DNA from: an uncultured Nitrospiraceae bacterium
Lineage (GTDB): Bacteria; Nitrospirota; Nitrospiria; Nitrospirales; Nitrospiraceae
Assembly: GCA_963846575.1 (NCBI GenBank)
Contig: CAWJWJ010000001.1
Span: 608,001-672,000, forward strand
Length of the DNA stretch: 64,000 nucleotides
Direction: 5' to 3'
Numbering within the stretch: position 1 is the first letter of the stretch; each line of letters starts with the position of its first letter. Position numbers and translations under genes: made by a program. Below the pieces are notes generated by a model. The model ran no database searches and was not told where the DNA came from. It saw only the letters and a list, made by a program, of their open reading frames with translations. Shown here piece by piece: positions 49,173-60,809 of this stretch.

Positions 49173-49517
49173 ATGCCAAAAATACTCCTGACCCTATTGT
49201 TTTTCGGCGTCGCCGCCTTGCTTCTGATCAGCTTCAATTGGAGTTACTCCGACGGCGAACGCGTGGGGTACCTCCAAAAGCTGTCTCGGAAAGGGTGGAT
49301 TTGCAAAACGCAGGAAGGTGAGCTCGCCATGACCACGGTACCCGGCGTCGCCCCCCTGCTCTGGGACTTCAGTGTGTGGGATGATTCCGTGGCCAGAAAA
49401 CTGGACGGGCAGATGGGTAAACGCGTCGTGCTTCACTACCGGGAGTTTCGTTATATCCCCACCACGTGTTTCGGAGAAACCAATTACTTCGTGGATCGCG
49501 TCGAGATCCTGGACTGA
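49173..49517 (+). CDS. conserved hypothetical membrane-anchored protein
   Basis: TM, then YS.G.R.G..QK.S.KG..CKT.EGEL. Confidence 0.75.
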   Translation: MPKILLTLLFFGVAALLLISFNWSYSDGERVGYLQKLSRKGWICKTQEGELAMTTVPGVAPLLWDFSVWDDSVARKLDGQMGKRVVLHYREFRYIPTTCFGETNYFVDRVEILD

Positions 49518-49537
49518 CCGGTTTATCTCACGAACCG

Positions 49538-50596
49538 CTACAGCCACTTCTTTTGCTTAAAGAAGTACAGCATGGATACGCCGGTCACGGCCATGACGCC
49601 CAGCACGGCCGGATACCCCCACGTTGATTTCAACTCCGGCATGTGTTCGAAATTCATCCCGTAGATACTGGCGATAAAACTCAGCGGCATAAAGATGGTG
49701 GTGATGATCGTTAATATTTTCATGACCCCATTCAAACGATAACTGACGCTGGAAAGATAGACTTCCATCATGGACGAGACCATTTCCCTCAAGGTCTCGA
49801 CCGTATCGCCGATCTGAATGACGTGGTCATACACGTCCCGGAAAAAGACTTTCGTCGAGCCTTGTAAGAATTTCCCATCAGACCGGGAGAGATTGTTCAT
49901 GACTTCCCGTAGGGGCCAGACAGAGCGGCGCAAGAAGAGGAGCTGCCGCTTGAGCGAATGGATGTCCCGAAGGGTTTCCGGTCCTGGATTGGTGAGGCAA
50001 AGGTCCTGGAGGGCTTCGATTCGTTCTCCCAGCGTTTCCAGAATAATGAAGTAGCGATCTACGATCGAATCCATCAACGCGTACAGCAGATAATCTGCCC
50101 CCGCGTGACGCAGACGGCCCTTACCGTTCCGCAAGCGCTCCTTCACCCCTTGAAATACGTCGCCGCCATTCTCCTGGAACGACAAAAGGAAATTTTCTCC
50201 AAAAACCAAGCTGACCTGCTCAACGTTGATGTCTCCCGGACGGTGCCCTTCATACAGCATTTTCAGCACGACATAGCCATAGGCACCATAATCGTCCAGT
50301 TTCGGGCGCTGGTCGGTGTTCGCAATATCCTCCAACAGCAGCGGATGGAGTCCAAATATTTTTCCGAAGGACTCCAGCACGTCCATCTTGTGAATACCCC
50401 CGATGTCCACCCATCGAACGGTCGGTTCCCCTGTGAGGGTAATTTCGTCCGGTTTCGCAACGGTTCGCTCTTGAAACTGTCCTTCGCCGTACTCATAGAC
50501 TGAAAGGGTGACGTTCTCGGATCTCTTTTCACCGATATGCACCAGCGTGCCGGGCGGCAGGCCGGACTTTCGCGAATGTTTGTGCATCAATTTCAT
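49538..50596 (-). CDS. corA: magnesium/cobalt transporter
   Basis: HPL.LEDI, QRPK, YGMNF..MPEL. Confidence 0.95.
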   Translation of the reverse strand: MKLMHKHSRKSGLPPGTLVHIGEKRSENVTLSVYEYGEGQFQERTVAKPDEITLTGEPTVRWVDIGGIHKMDVLESFGKIFGLHPLLLEDIANTDQRPKLDDYGAYGYVVLKMLYEGHRPGDINVEQVSLVFGENFLLSFQENGGDVFQGVKERLRNGKGRLRHAGADYLLYALMDSIVDRYFIILETLGERIEALQDLCLTNPGPETLRDIHSLKRQLLFLRRSVWPLREVMNNLSRSDGKFLQGSTKVFFRDVYDHVIQIGDTVETLREMVSSMMEVYLSSVSYRLNGVMKILTIITTIFMPLSFIASIYGMNFEHMPELKSTWGYPAVLGVMAVTGVSMLYFFKQKKWL

Positions 50597-50740
50597 GTAG
50601 GGTCAGCTTGTACGCGTATCCTTAAATCGGGTCAAGAGTCTCCTCTCCCTCATGGATCCATTCTCCTCTTTGTTCCCGGCTGCAGACCTGGTACGGTGGG
50701 AAGGAGTACGTCCGCTATCGAATCTGGAGTCGACATCCCA

Positions 50741-51550
50741 ATGGAACAGGAACTCGCCACATTGTCCCACACGATGCTCCGTGCCGGTCGCGAGGCCCTC
50801 AGATTGGCGCAGGAGGGGTTTGAAATTCATACGAAACCGGATCGCTCTCCGGTCACCTCTGTCGACTTGGCCGTGAATCAGATTTTTCGGGACAACTTGT
50901 CGGCGGCATATCCGGATGATGGCTGGCTCTCGGAGGAATCTCCGGACACTCCCGACCGGCTGGATAAGAAACGAGTCTGGATCGTCGACCCAATCGATGG
51001 AACCCGCTCATTCGTGCGAGGCCTGCCTGAATTCTGCCTGTCGGTGGCGCTGGTTGAACAGGGTCTGCCGGTGGTCGCAGCCATTTTCAATCCTTCCACG
51101 GGCGAATTCTTTTCCGCTATCCGGGGTCGGGGCCTGCGCGTCGAACGCCATGTCGGAGCTGACAAGCCTCCCTTCACATCCAGCGAGCGTCCGCTCGCCC
51201 TCGTGAGTCCCTGGGAACTTCAGGCCGGCCGTTTTCAATCACTCGCACCCTACATCAGTTGCCGTCCCATCGGATCAATTGCCTATGCCCTCGCGCTGGT
51301 CGCAGCGGGGCAAGCGGAGGCTGCCATGACGATGGAAGGGGGGAACGAATGGGATATTGCCGCCGGAGTCCTCCTTATTGAAGAAAGCGGAGGACGCGCC
51401 ACGACCCCGTCAGGCCATCCCTTTTCCTTCAATCGTACAGATCCTCGACTGCATGGCACCTTCGCCCTCGCCCCGGATCTACCTGCACCTCTGCAGGCCC
51501 AGTTAAGACAACTCGGCGCAACCGGGTCTCCCCTTCGCTCGTCTCTGTGA
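50741..51550 (+). CDS. inositol monophosphatase / CysQ-family phosphatase
   Basis: SPVT..D, SEE, WIVDPIDGT, EWDIAAG. Confidence 0.9.
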   Translation: MEQELATLSHTMLRAGREALRLAQEGFEIHTKPDRSPVTSVDLAVNQIFRDNLSAAYPDDGWLSEESPDTPDRLDKKRVWIVDPIDGTRSFVRGLPEFCLSVALVEQGLPVVAAIFNPSTGEFFSAIRGRGLRVERHVGADKPPFTSSERPLALVSPWELQAGRFQSLAPYISCRPIGSIAYALALVAAGQAEAAMTMEGGNEWDIAAGVLLIEESGGRATTPSGHPFSFNRTDPRLHGTFALAPDLPAPLQAQLRQLGATGSPLRSSL

Positions 51551-51768
51551 TGCTTTCCATCACCCGATGTTGTCTGTAGGATGCTCCCTGACTTGTTTCG
51601 GGCGACGAGGCATTGGAGTCCTACGGCACGAGTGATCTTAAACAAGACGGGCGGCGAAATCGTCCTCCCGGCGAGGCAGAGCATCATAAGAACGGTAACG
51701 AGGACCTCGGACAGCAAAGCGAGTGAATGTCGATCGTTGGGAGCATCGAAATTGCAGGGAGGTCGTGC

Positions 51769-52644
51769 ATGCGGGTAGCCTTGTTAGGAACCGGATTGCT
51801 GGGAGGGGCGGTGGCGGAACGATTGCATGCCACCGGCCACAGCCTGGCTGCCTATAACCGTACCCCGGAAAAAACTTTCTCACTTCGTGAGCGCGGCATT
51901 CGGATCGACGCCACTCCCGGAGGGGCCATGTCCGATGCCGAGGTGGTTCTCCTCCTCCTCACTGACGCGGCCGCTATCCGCTCAGTCCTCCTCGACGAGT
52001 CCACTCGCGAGTCGCTCAGAGGTCGCACCATTATTCAGATGGGCACAATCGGTCCGGAGGAAAGTCGTTCGATCCAACAGGAAATCTATCAGTTCGGGGG
52101 TCAATACCTGGAGGCGCCCGTTCTCGGCAGCATCACAGAAGCCCACGCCGGCAGGCTGCTGGTCATGGTCGGTGCGACGCAGGAGCAGTATGCCGAATTG
52201 GCACCGCTCTTACGTGCCCTCGGATCCGAGGTACATCTGATCGGTCCGGTCGGGAGTGCCGCAGTGTTAAAATTGGCCTTCAACCAGCTCATTGCCGCGG
52301 AGGTTGTGGCATTTGCCTTGAGCTTCGGATTGGTTCGGCGAGAGGGCGTTGGAACGGATATCTTTATGAGCCTGCTGCGTAAAAGCTCTCTGTATGCCCC
52401 GATGTTCGACAAAAAACTGGCCCGCATGTCGGAGCGGCATTATGACAGTCCTAACTTTTCGACTTCCCACTTGCTGAAAGATGTGGAATTAGTTCTCGGA
52501 GCGGCAGAAGGCAGGGGCCTGGCTACGAGAGGACTACAGGGTGTACAGGCGCTGCTCACCGACACCATCGCCGCAGGATTGGGGTCCGTGGACTACTCGG
52601 CCGTCCACGAGACGATTGATCCGCCGGAGCACCGCCGACCGTAA
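51769..52644 (+). CDS. beta-hydroxyacid (3-hydroxyisobutyrate-type) dehydrogenase
   Basis: GTGLLG, YNRT, EAPVLG, KLAFN, KD. Confidence 0.9.
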   Translation: MRVALLGTGLLGGAVAERLHATGHSLAAYNRTPEKTFSLRERGIRIDATPGGAMSDAEVVLLLLTDAAAIRSVLLDESTRESLRGRTIIQMGTIGPEESRSIQQEIYQFGGQYLEAPVLGSITEAHAGRLLVMVGATQEQYAELAPLLRALGSEVHLIGPVGSAAVLKLAFNQLIAAEVVAFALSFGLVRREGVGTDIFMSLLRKSSLYAPMFDKKLARMSERHYDSPNFSTSHLLKDVELVLGAAEGRGLATRGLQGVQALLTDTIAAGLGSVDYSAVHETIDPPEHRRP

Positions 52645-52646
52645 GG

Positions 52647-53132
52647 TTATCGCGGAAATCGATCCATGGCCTGATTATCGGCCGTCGATTGCACCTTCAT
52701 CACATGAAACCTGCCTCCGGGCTTGTTGGGAGTTCCGTCATGTTCGATGCGGGTGTACCACCATCGCCCCTCACCTTCCGAGTAGTCAGGTGACAACGTG
52801 ATTTCGAAGCCGCCTTCCCGATCATTCGCACGCTGAGCCCAGGCTCCCGCCCAGCGGCGCTCGGAAAGCAGATCAGTCCGGAAATGGCCGTCCTTATAAT
52901 CATAGGTGCCGTTTCCATACCGATCCAGCCGCAGCGGCACGACCACCCCGCCTTCCTCATACTCCCATTCGCCCGCAAGCACCGCGTTCTCTTTCACTCC
53001 AGTCTGCTCAGAGACTTCAGGAGATCCGGGCATATTTGATGAAGAGCCCTGTGGCATCGGCGCATGGCCGCAGGCTGGCAAGGTTATCAGTCCGAAGGCT
53101 ATTGCGATGAAAGACAGAGTAGGGGTTTTCAT
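52647..53132 (-). CDS. hypothetical lipoprotein
   Basis: Lipobox LPAC, beta-rich Trp/Gly domain. Confidence 0.7.
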   Translation of the reverse strand: MKTPTLSFIAIAFGLITLPACGHAPMPQGSSSNMPGSPEVSEQTGVKENAVLAGEWEYEEGGVVVPLRLDRYGNGTYDYKDGHFRTDLLSERRWAGAWAQRANDREGGFEITLSPDYSEGEGRWWYTRIEHDGTPNKPGGRFHVMKVQSTADNQAMDRFPR

Positions 53133-53335
53133 ACGGTAATCCTTGTAATGCTTCAAGACAATGGGCGACCTGGTACATCGCCCTAAGTTCTTTCATACCA
53201 CGCGTCTGAGCCTCGCTCAAGACTCCTCCGCGTTTTTGCTCCTATGCCCCTTAAGCGGTCTCTCTCGCCTAGGTCTAAGAGCGACAACCATAGGCCAATA
53301 GTCCCATCTATGGCGACTCATTCTGAAGCAGTGTC

Positions 53336-53362
53336 TCAAGGTCAGACATGCTTAACCGATAA
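53336..53362 (+). promoter_or_regulatory. sigma28 (FliA)-type promoter of the hybrid kinase
   Basis: TCAA-N15-ACCGATAA. Confidence 0.5.
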
Positions 53363-53488
53363 AGGGAGACTGGGAAAGTTGCGTCAAAAACCATCCTGTC
53401 GATGACAGCTCACGCGAGTGCGGCCGCATGGAGCCCTCGTAGCGCAGGTGGACAAGTAACGGTCAGGAGGGCGACCCGAGCATAGGCG

Positions 53489-56400
53489 ATGACTGACAAT
53501 ACAATGAACAAGATCGCACCAACTCCTGATAACAACGTATCTTCCGCAACAGAGAGTCGATCCGTCCCGAAGATCGAACAGGAACCACGAACGGATGAGG
53601 TGGCTATTCTGGCGGCCACGATCTGTCAGGTTCCTTTCGTCAAGATCGGCTTGAACGCTCCTTTCCATCAGTGGTCAACGTCAGCCGGCGGAGTGCCGGA
53701 CTGCACCATGCCTTGTGACTGCGCCTTTTGTGTCCATGCAGTCCCACAGTGCGGCATCTTCGAGGTGCCAAACACGCTCGACGACGAGCGATTTGCGGCC
53801 CACCCGTTCGTGACGGGACCATCCCTCATTCGCTTTTATGCCGCAATCCCTCTAGTCAGCGCGGAAGGGCATGCGCTCGGGCACCTTGGTCTCATGGACC
53901 AGACCCCTCGACAACTGACACCCGGACAACGGGAAGCCCTCGCAGCCCTGGCACGTCAACTCGTCAGCCACCTGGATCTTTGCTTGCGCGTGAGGCAGCT
54001 GAATGAGGGGCTCGCGGCCAGGAACTCAGTACAGCTGGACCGAACATCGCTGCTATTTGCACTCGATCACGCCATCGACGGCATTGCCCTCCTCGATCAA
54101 TCCGGCTGTTTCACCTATGTCAATCAAGCCTTGGCTGCCATTTTCGGATATGCCGCAGATGAACTGATCGGGACGTCATGGCGGCAGCTGTATGCGCCCG
54201 AATGGGTGGCGAAGATCGACGAGGATGCTCTGCCCACGGTGATTGAGAGCGGCCGTTGGCATGGTGAAGCGATCGGCAGAAGAAAGACCGGATCCTCCAT
54301 CTGCACTGAAATCTCCCTGGTACTCTTCCCGGAGCAAAGGAACGGGAACAATTGGCTCCTGTGGACTTGTCGGGATCAAACCGCGCAAAAGGCTGCTCGC
54401 GAGGGCATTCTGGACGCGCAATCGCGACTCCTGGCGGTCCTGGACGCAGCGACGGAAGTCTCCATCATAGCGATGGACCCGGATGGAACGATCACGGTGT
54501 TCAATCGCGGGGCGGAATGGATGTTGGCCTATGACGCCGTGGAAATGATCGGGAAACAGACCGCGCTCCTGCTTCATCTCCCGGCTGAAATCGAATCCCG
54601 CAGCCGGGAACTTTCGGAACAGTGCGGCCGACCAATCGAGGGGTTCAACGTGCTCGTGGAAGAAGTCAGGCGAGGCACGCATGAAGAGCGCGAGTGGACC
54701 TATCTTCGCAAGGACGGCCAACACATTCCGGTGACTCTTTTGGTCACCGCCATGCGCGATGCGTCCGGCAATATCACGGGGTACCTGGGAATTGCCAAGG
54801 ATCTCACCGACTCCAAACAGGCGGAGGCAGCCTTGCGCGCGAGCGAGGAACGCTATCAAGTCGCCGTTCGAGGGTCGAGCGATGGCATCTGGGATTGGAA
54901 CGTCCTGACGAACGACATGTACTACTCCCCCAGATTCAAAGAACTGCTCGGGTACGAAGACCACGAAATCGCCAATGTCTTTTCCAGTCTCTCCTCACGG
55001 CTGCATGGCGACGACGCACGCATGTTCACGGAGGCCGTGGAGGCGCACCTGACCGGGAGACGGCCCTACGATGTCGAGTACCGGTTACGCACCAAAACCG
55101 GCCGCTATCGCTGGTTTCGAGCGCGCGGCCAAGCGGTATGGAATGAGCAGGGGCTGGCGGTGCGAATGGCAGGATCGATCACAGATATCACCGAGAAGAG
55201 GACGGCCGAGGAGGCCCTGGCCACTGCCGCGGCGGAGCTGGCTGGCCGGAACGTCGAACTCCAGCAGGCACGAGACCACGCGCTGGCAGCGACGAAGGCA
55301 AAATCCGAGTTCCTAGCCACCATGAGCCACGAAATCCGGACTCCGATGAATGCCATCATCGGCATGGCCGAACTCCTCCAGGAGACGACGCTGTCTCAGG
55401 TGCAACAGGAGTACGTCGACCGCTTCAGCCGCGCAGCTGCCGGCTTGCTCGACCTGATCAATGACATCCTGGACCTTTCGAAAATCGAAGCCGGCCATGT
55501 AGAGCTGGAGTCGATCCCCTTCGATCTCCACGATCTCATCGACAAAACCGCGGAATCGATGTCTGTTCGTGCCCATGCCAAACACATCGAACTGATCGCG
55601 TTCGTACATCCGGACGTGCCCGGCTCCTTGTTGGGCGATCCCACACGCCTGCGCCAGGTGCTGATTAATCTTGCCGGCAATGCCATCAAATTCACGGAGC
55701 GAGGGGAAGTTGCGCTCACGGTGGAGCGGGCGGGCGATCAGTCTGCGCCGGTCGCACTGCGCTTTTCGATCAGGGACACCGGCATTGGGATTCCTCAGGA
55801 AAAAATCGGCGCCATCTTTGACAGCTTCACACAGGTCGATTCCTCCACCACACGCAAATACGGCGGGACCGGACTCGGATTGGCCATCTCGAGACGCATT
55901 GTGGGGCTCATGGGAAGCCGCATCGATGTGCAAAGCGTCGTCGGTCGCGGGAGCACCTTCTCCTTCGTTCTCCAGTTGGAAGAGGCGCCACCCCTGGAAT
56001 CCTCGGCGATGGTGCCCGCGCTGGATCTCCGGGGCCGCCGCATCCTGATCGTGGATGACAGTGAAACCCACCGGATGATCGTTCGGGAACATCTCTCCCC
56101 GATGGGAGCCCTGATCATCGAATCGCCCGACGCCACATCTGCCTTGATGGCCTTGGACGCGGCTCATCAGCGGAACGAGCCGATTCACCTCGCCATACTG
56201 GACTGTAACCTTCCGGACATACATGGGATCGAGCTGGCACGGGCCATCCGCCAACGCCCGCTGGACGCCACACTCCCCCTGGTGATGCATACTGCGGATG
56301 TGCGGCGCGCAACCGCACGCCGGGCCGATCAATTGAACATCGCCAGTTACGTCTACAAACCAATCAGCCGGAAACGGCTCCTGGCCTCACTGGCCGGAGT

Positions 56401-56866
56401 GTTGCAACAAGTGCCATTCGTCCCCGCCGTGCAGAGGCCCATACCATCTGCGCCCGACCTTTCCACTCAGCCGACAATCCCCATCCTGCTCGTCGAGGAT
56501 TTGGAAGACAACCGCGATCTCATCACACTGTTCCTGAAGGGGATGCCGTACCAGCTGGACGTCGCAGAGAACGGATCTGTGGGCGTGGAAAAGTTTCAAT
56601 CCGGTAGCTACGGCCTCGTGTTGATGGATATTCAAATGCCCGTCATGGACGGCTATCAGGCCACGAGCGCCATAAGGGCGTGGGAACGGAGCCGGGGACA
56701 GGAGCCCACCCCGATCATCGCCCTCTCGGCCAATGCATTCAAGGATGACATCGACAAGAGCATGGCCGCCGGCTGTACCACGCATCTGACAAAGCCCATC
56801 AAAAAGCAGACCCTACTGGAGGCCATTGCGACCTATAGCAGGATGCGCGCCGGCAGAGCTGCTTAG
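53489..56866 (+). CDS. soluble hybrid histidine kinase GAF-PAS-PAS-PAS-HisKA-HATPase-REC-REC
   Basis: [27 protein letters not shown], two receiver domains with Asp. Confidence 0.95.
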   Translation: MTDNTMNKIAPTPDNNVSSATESRSVPKIEQEPRTDEVAILAATICQVPFVKIGLNAPFHQWSTSAGGVPDCTMPCDCAFCVHAVPQCGIFEVPNTLDDERFAAHPFVTGPSLIRFYAAIPLVSAEGHALGHLGLMDQTPRQLTPGQREALAALARQLVSHLDLCLRVRQLNEGLAARNSVQLDRTSLLFALDHAIDGIALLDQSGCFTYVNQALAAIFGYAADELIGTSWRQLYAPEWVAKIDEDALPTVIESGRWHGEAIGRRKTGSSICTEISLVLFPEQRNGNNWLLWTCRDQTAQKAAREGILDAQSRLLAVLDAATEVSIIAMDPDGTITVFNRGAEWMLAYDAVEMIGKQTALLLHLPAEIESRSRELSEQCGRPIEGFNVLVEEVRRGTHEEREWTYLRKDGQHIPVTLLVTAMRDASGNITGYLGIAKDLTDSKQAEAALRASEERYQVAVRGSSDGIWDWNVLTNDMYYSPRFKELLGYEDHEIANVFSSLSSRLHGDDARMFTEAVEAHLTGRRPYDVEYRLRTKTGRYRWFRARGQAVWNEQGLAVRMAGSITDITEKRTAEEALATAAAELAGRNVELQQARDHALAATKAKSEFLATMSHEIRTPMNAIIGMAELLQETTLSQVQQEYVDRFSRAAAGLLDLINDILDLSKIEAGHVELESIPFDLHDLIDKTAESMSVRAHAKHIELIAFVHPDVPGSLLGDPTRLRQVLINLAGNAIKFTERGEVALTVERAGDQSAPVALRFSIRDTGIGIPQEKIGAIFDSFTQVDSSTTRKYGGTGLGLAISRRIVGLMGSRIDVQSVVGRGSTFSFVLQLEEAPPLESSAMVPALDLRGRRILIVDDSETHRMIVREHLSPMGALIIESPDATSALMALDAAHQRNEPIHLAILDCNLPDIHGIELARAIRQRPLDATLPLVMHTADVRRATARRADQLNIASYVYKPISRKRLLASLAGVLQQVPFVPAVQRPIPSAPDLSTQPTIPILLVEDLEDNRDLITLFLKGMPYQLDVAENGSVGVEKFQSGSYGLVLMDIQMPVMDGYQATSAIRAWERSRGQEPTPIIALSANAFKDDIDKSMAAGCTTHLTKPIKKQTLLEAIATYSRMRAGRAA

Positions 56867-56985
56867 GTCAGAGTCACCGGCACGTTCGACTGATCCCGGG
56901 CGAAGGCCTCTCGGACCGAGTGACACGAATCTGCTGGAAAACCAGTTGCCGTTGCCGGAGTAAACCTGTGGAAGGAGGCCGCCTG

Positions 56986-57321
56986 ATGAGTGACATTGCC
57001 CAGACATCCGCAAACCCTGGATGGGAGCCGATCGTGGTCCATGTCGATGCCACGTACGAGCCGCTGGTGCCCAAGTTCATGAGCAATCGAAAAAAAGAAA
57101 TCACTGCCATGACGGACGCCGTGGCGCAGGGCGACTTCGAGACGGTCAAGAATGTCGCCCACGGAATGAAGGGGGTCAGCGGAAGTTATGGATTTCCAGA
57201 GATGAGCACCGTCGCAGCTCGATTGGAACAGGCCGCTGAGACTGCGGATGCAGGATTGATTCGGAGCGACCTCGTGGCGTTGGCCTCCTACCTTGATCGC
57301 GTCGTCATCGTCTATGACTGA
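56986..57321 (+). CDS. Hpt-domain protein
   Basis: AHGMKGVSGSYG. RBS AAGGAGG. Confidence 0.9.
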   Translation: MSDIAQTSANPGWEPIVVHVDATYEPLVPKFMSNRKKEITAMTDAVAQGDFETVKNVAHGMKGVSGSYGFPEMSTVAARLEQAAETADAGLIRSDLVALASYLDRVVIVYD

Positions 57322-57411
57322 TCACAAGAAACTACCCGGTGCCACGGATAGGACAAAGCTGATTCACGGGTGATTCTCGTCATGACGCGCTGATGCAGAA
57401 GGAGAAAATGA

Positions 57412-57834
57412 ATGGGAGGCATGACCGATTATCACACCTCACCCGGATTGACCGTCCTGCTTGTGAAAGATGGAGAAGACACGGAATGTCTGTTGGAATT
57501 CGTGCTACGAAAGCATGGGTATCGAGTGATTCACTCCAAGAGCAATCGCCATGCGAGGAACCTGATCCTATCGATGGAACCTCCGGATGCCGTGTTATTG
57601 GCGTTGCACCTATCCGACGCGACCGGTCTCGACCTGCTTGCGCATCTACGTGCCCAGCCTCACTGGAAGACCGTACCCATCGCCATGCTGACCACTCAGG
57701 CCGAGAGCGTCGATCTGGCTGAGGCGGCGCGGCTCGGAGCCCATGACCATATTCTCACGCCGATCAGCCCGACCAGGCTGGTTACAAGGCTGAACCGCTT
57801 ACTGCTGCAGGCTCCAAAGAAAACGCCCGGGTGA
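57412..57834 (+). CDS. single-domain atypical (pseudo-)receiver protein
   Basis: REC fold, but PDAVLLAL (Asp replaced by Ala) and HILTP (Lys replaced by Thr). Confidence 0.8.
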   Translation: MGGMTDYHTSPGLTVLLVKDGEDTECLLEFVLRKHGYRVIHSKSNRHARNLILSMEPPDAVLLALHLSDATGLDLLAHLRAQPHWKTVPIAMLTTQAESVDLAEAARLGAHDHILTPISPTRLVTRLNRLLLQAPKKTPG

Positions 57835-58035
57835 ACCTGATGGCGTTCGCCGCGCCCTGAACGCAGCACCTATGAGCGATCCATGCAAGTGACTGCCCGC
57901 CGTGAACCGGCAGCGTTATTGATGGCAGCTATGGGAGAGCCCGCGATCCTGGAAATTTCGGCTACCGACAACTCAGTTCCGTCAGGAAGTTGGCAGCTGC
58001 GACGAACGGGACCGGTATGTGGATGGGCGCTGTCG

Positions 58036-59187
58036 TTACCTCAACTGCTCGATGTATCGACTGGCCTGCTCCAGATCTTCGTCGGTTTTCGCCATACAGA
58101 ACCGCATGAAGCGACTTCCCTCAGGACCTTCGAAGAACGCTTCGCCCGGGACTCCTGCCACCCGCGTCTTGTCCAGTAAATACATGGCCCGGTCCCGTCC
58201 CGTCTTTCCCGGAAGGCGAGACACATCCGCCAGCACATAGTAGGCACCTTGTGGAATGCAAGGAGGCAGACCGGCCTTGTCCAATGCCTGGCAGAACCGA
58301 TCCCGCTTCTGTTGATAGTCCGTCGAGAGGCTCGCGTAAAACGATCCGGGCAGGTCGCGAATCCCGGCCGCGACACCATACTGCAGTGGAGTCGGCGCGC
58401 AGACATAGAGGACATCGCTCATGGCCCCGATGGCCTTGGCCCATGTCGCCTCCGCCACGCTGTAGCCGATGCGCCATCCGGTGATGCTGAACGTTTTTGA
58501 ATACCCGCCTATAGTGATGGTCCGTTCCGACATGTTCGGTAGGGAAGCCATGCTGACGTGCTCACGCCCATCAAATACAAAATATTCATAAATCTCGTCG
58601 GTGATCACCAGCACATCGTGGCGACAGGCGATCTCCGCGATCTGCGCCAACTCACTCCGCGTAAATATCTTTCCCGAAGGGTTCCCGGGAGTATTCACCA
58701 CGAGGGCCTTGGTCCTGGGGGTAATGGCCTGTTCCAATGCCTGCACGTCCCAACTCCAGTCCGGCGCGCGCATCGTCACATAGCGGGGAGTCGCCTCAAC
58801 TGCAAGGATGGCTTGGATGTGATAGGCGTAGAACGGCTCGAAGAGAACGACTTCGTCGCCCGGGTTGAGCAGGGCCATACAGGTTGCCTGGAAGGAGCCT
58901 GTCGCTCCGGCGCTCACGGTGATATTCGTGTCCGGATCCGCCGTGAGGCGATTGTAAGCCGCTAACTTGGTCGCAATGGCTTGACGTAATTCCGGAATGC
59001 CGTCATACCGCGAATAAATGTTCCGTCCCTGCGCCATGGCGTCTTTGGCAGCCTGCACCACCTCCGGAGGAACCGGGGTATCGCACACCCCCTGAGACAT
59101 ATTGATCCCTTGAACCTTCGCACAGGCGAGGGTCATAGCGCGGATGTCGGATTGGGCCAGGCGCACGGTGCGGTCGCTTTTGTTCAT
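58036..59187 (-). CDS. PLP-dependent aminotransferase class I/II
   Basis: NTPGNPSG, DEIY, SKTFSITGWRIG. Confidence 0.93.
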   Translation of the reverse strand: MNKSDRTVRLAQSDIRAMTLACAKVQGINMSQGVCDTPVPPEVVQAAKDAMAQGRNIYSRYDGIPELRQAIATKLAAYNRLTADPDTNITVSAGATGSFQATCMALLNPGDEVVLFEPFYAYHIQAILAVEATPRYVTMRAPDWSWDVQALEQAITPRTKALVVNTPGNPSGKIFTRSELAQIAEIACRHDVLVITDEIYEYFVFDGREHVSMASLPNMSERTITIGGYSKTFSITGWRIGYSVAEATWAKAIGAMSDVLYVCAPTPLQYGVAAGIRDLPGSFYASLSTDYQQKRDRFCQALDKAGLPPCIPQGAYYVLADVSRLPGKTGRDRAMYLLDKTRVAGVPGEAFFEGPEGSRFMRFCMAKTDEDLEQASRYIEQLR

Positions 59188-59470
59188 TTACATTCCTCGG
59201 TATGTTCGGCCGATATCCCATCGCCGGTCTGGAGCCAGTCACGCGATCCAAGTCACCCTCCGGCGGCGACACACGCCATCCCCCTCAGGCCGGCCGCCCT
59301 ATCCCCCGTTCCCATGACCGGAACGCTTCCCTGCACGCTCTTCCCGTACCCCGTTCTGCGAAAAAATGCAATCGCCGCGGGCGGCTGACACAGAAATCTG
59401 TGGCGGGATAAAGGCGTTTTCCGGATGGAGATGACTCTCAGAAGCCACGAGAGATCGAACCAGGGTCAGA

Positions 59471-60142
59471 CTAGCGACGAACCGAGCTCACCCAGACAGC
59501 CGCCAGGGGCGCATCCCTCATGAAACGGGCGTACTGCCGCAACACGCGTTCGACATAAACCTGGGTGCCAGGGAGTGACTCCGTGCCGACGGCCTGACTC
59601 ACTCGCCGCTCTCCGGCATGATAGGCCGCCAGTGCCAGCGACAGATCGCCCTCGAATCGATCCAACAACCGCCGCAGGAGCGCCGCGCCTGCGCGAATGT
59701 TGTCGTCCGGATCGAAGGGATCCAGTACATTCAGCGCGGCGGCGGTCAACGGCATCAACTGCATCAACCCGATCGCGCCCTTCGATGACACGGCCTGCGG
59801 GTTGAAATCTGACTCCACCTTGATCACCGCCTGTATCAGCGCCGGATCGAGTCCGTACTGTTCGGCATGGGTGGCGATGAGGGACGGGATCGATTTAGTG
59901 GGACGAGGTATGTCCAGATCCGTCATGCCGGGATCCGGTGTCAGACGGTTCAGCGACGGCATGATTACCGTCAGGCAGACTGCGATCACCAGCGGGCAGA
60001 GCGCGCGCGCCACCTGAATACCACGAGATTGCCAATCCGAATGGCGCATGATGAAAAACCGGCTCGAACTCTGTGGGCCGAGGGTTTCAAAGATCCTCAT
60101 GAGGTCTTTCGCCACTATTCCACGGAGAGGGAGGATGCACAA
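59471..60142 (-). CDS. SLT-domain lytic transglycosylase (start uncertain)
   Basis: VESDF, GAIGLMQLMP, AAYHAG. Confidence 0.88.
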   Translation of the reverse strand: MCILPLRGIVAKDLMRIFETLGPQSSSRFFIMRHSDWQSRGIQVARALCPLVIAVCLTVIMPSLNRLTPDPGMTDLDIPRPTKSIPSLIATHAEQYGLDPALIQAVIKVESDFNPQAVSSKGAIGLMQLMPLTAAALNVLDPFDPDDNIRAGAALLRRLLDRFEGDLSLALAAYHAGERRVSQAVGTESLPGTQVYVERVLRQYARFMRDAPLAAVWVSSVRR

Positions 60143-60392
60143 GAAAATGACAAAAACCGGTCTCCCGCGATGCGCCGTGACTGTGCCGGCTCAGAGCAGG
60201 AAGCTTAACCCGCGATCGAATCGAGTGGTGGGCCTCTGGGGAGTGAGGAACGATGGAAGAACGGGTAGTCGGCGGAATAGCCTCGAACGCCAGGGATGAC
60301 CGAACATCATTCCTGGAGCCCCGTCATGGCGGGAATTGGTCGGCGCAGGCTGTCCCGAATCTCACGGACTCGCTGAACCCTGACCAGCACCG

Positions 60393-60809
60393 CTATTCTT
60401 TGCGGAGCGCAACGTGCTCCTTGAGCCAGCAACGATCCATCACAACCTGCAGTCCGGCCTGGCGGGCTCGTGCAGCGGCCGCCTCGTCGATGACGCCCTC
60501 CTGGAGCCAGACCGCTTTGGCTTTGACCTGAATAGCCTCATCCACGATTGAGCCCGCCTCCGCGGATCGCCTAAAGATATTAACCAGATCGATCGGGCCA
60601 GGCACTGACGAGAGCGACGGATAAGCGGGTTGACCCAACACGCTCGTCTCATGAGGATTCACGGGAATGATCACCTTGCCCTGCTGTTGCATATACGCGG
60701 CCACCCGATAGGACGGGCGGACCGGATTCGACGACAATCCCACCACCGCGATGGTCCGACAGTCCCGGAGCAGAGCCACTGCCAACTCCGGCGAGAGAGC
60801 CTCCCTCAC
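60393..60809 (-). CDS. CoA-binding protein (YccU-like)
   Basis: IAVVGLS..P.RPS, PVNP, WLQEG, DRC. GTGA overlap with msrA. Confidence 0.9.
   Translation of the reverse strand: MREALSPELAVALLRDCRTIAVVGLSSNPVRPSYRVAAYMQQQGKVIIPVNPHETSVLGQPAYPSLSSVPGPIDLVNIFRRSAEAGSIVDEAIQVKAKAVWLQEGVIDEAAAARARQAGLQVVMDRCWLKEHVALRKE

Noticed and set aside
53255..53320. c-di-GMP-I riboswitch (GGTCTAAG...CTATGG resembles its second stem)
   Set aside because: It lacks the GCAAA elements, the GNRA tetraloop stem and the closing helix.
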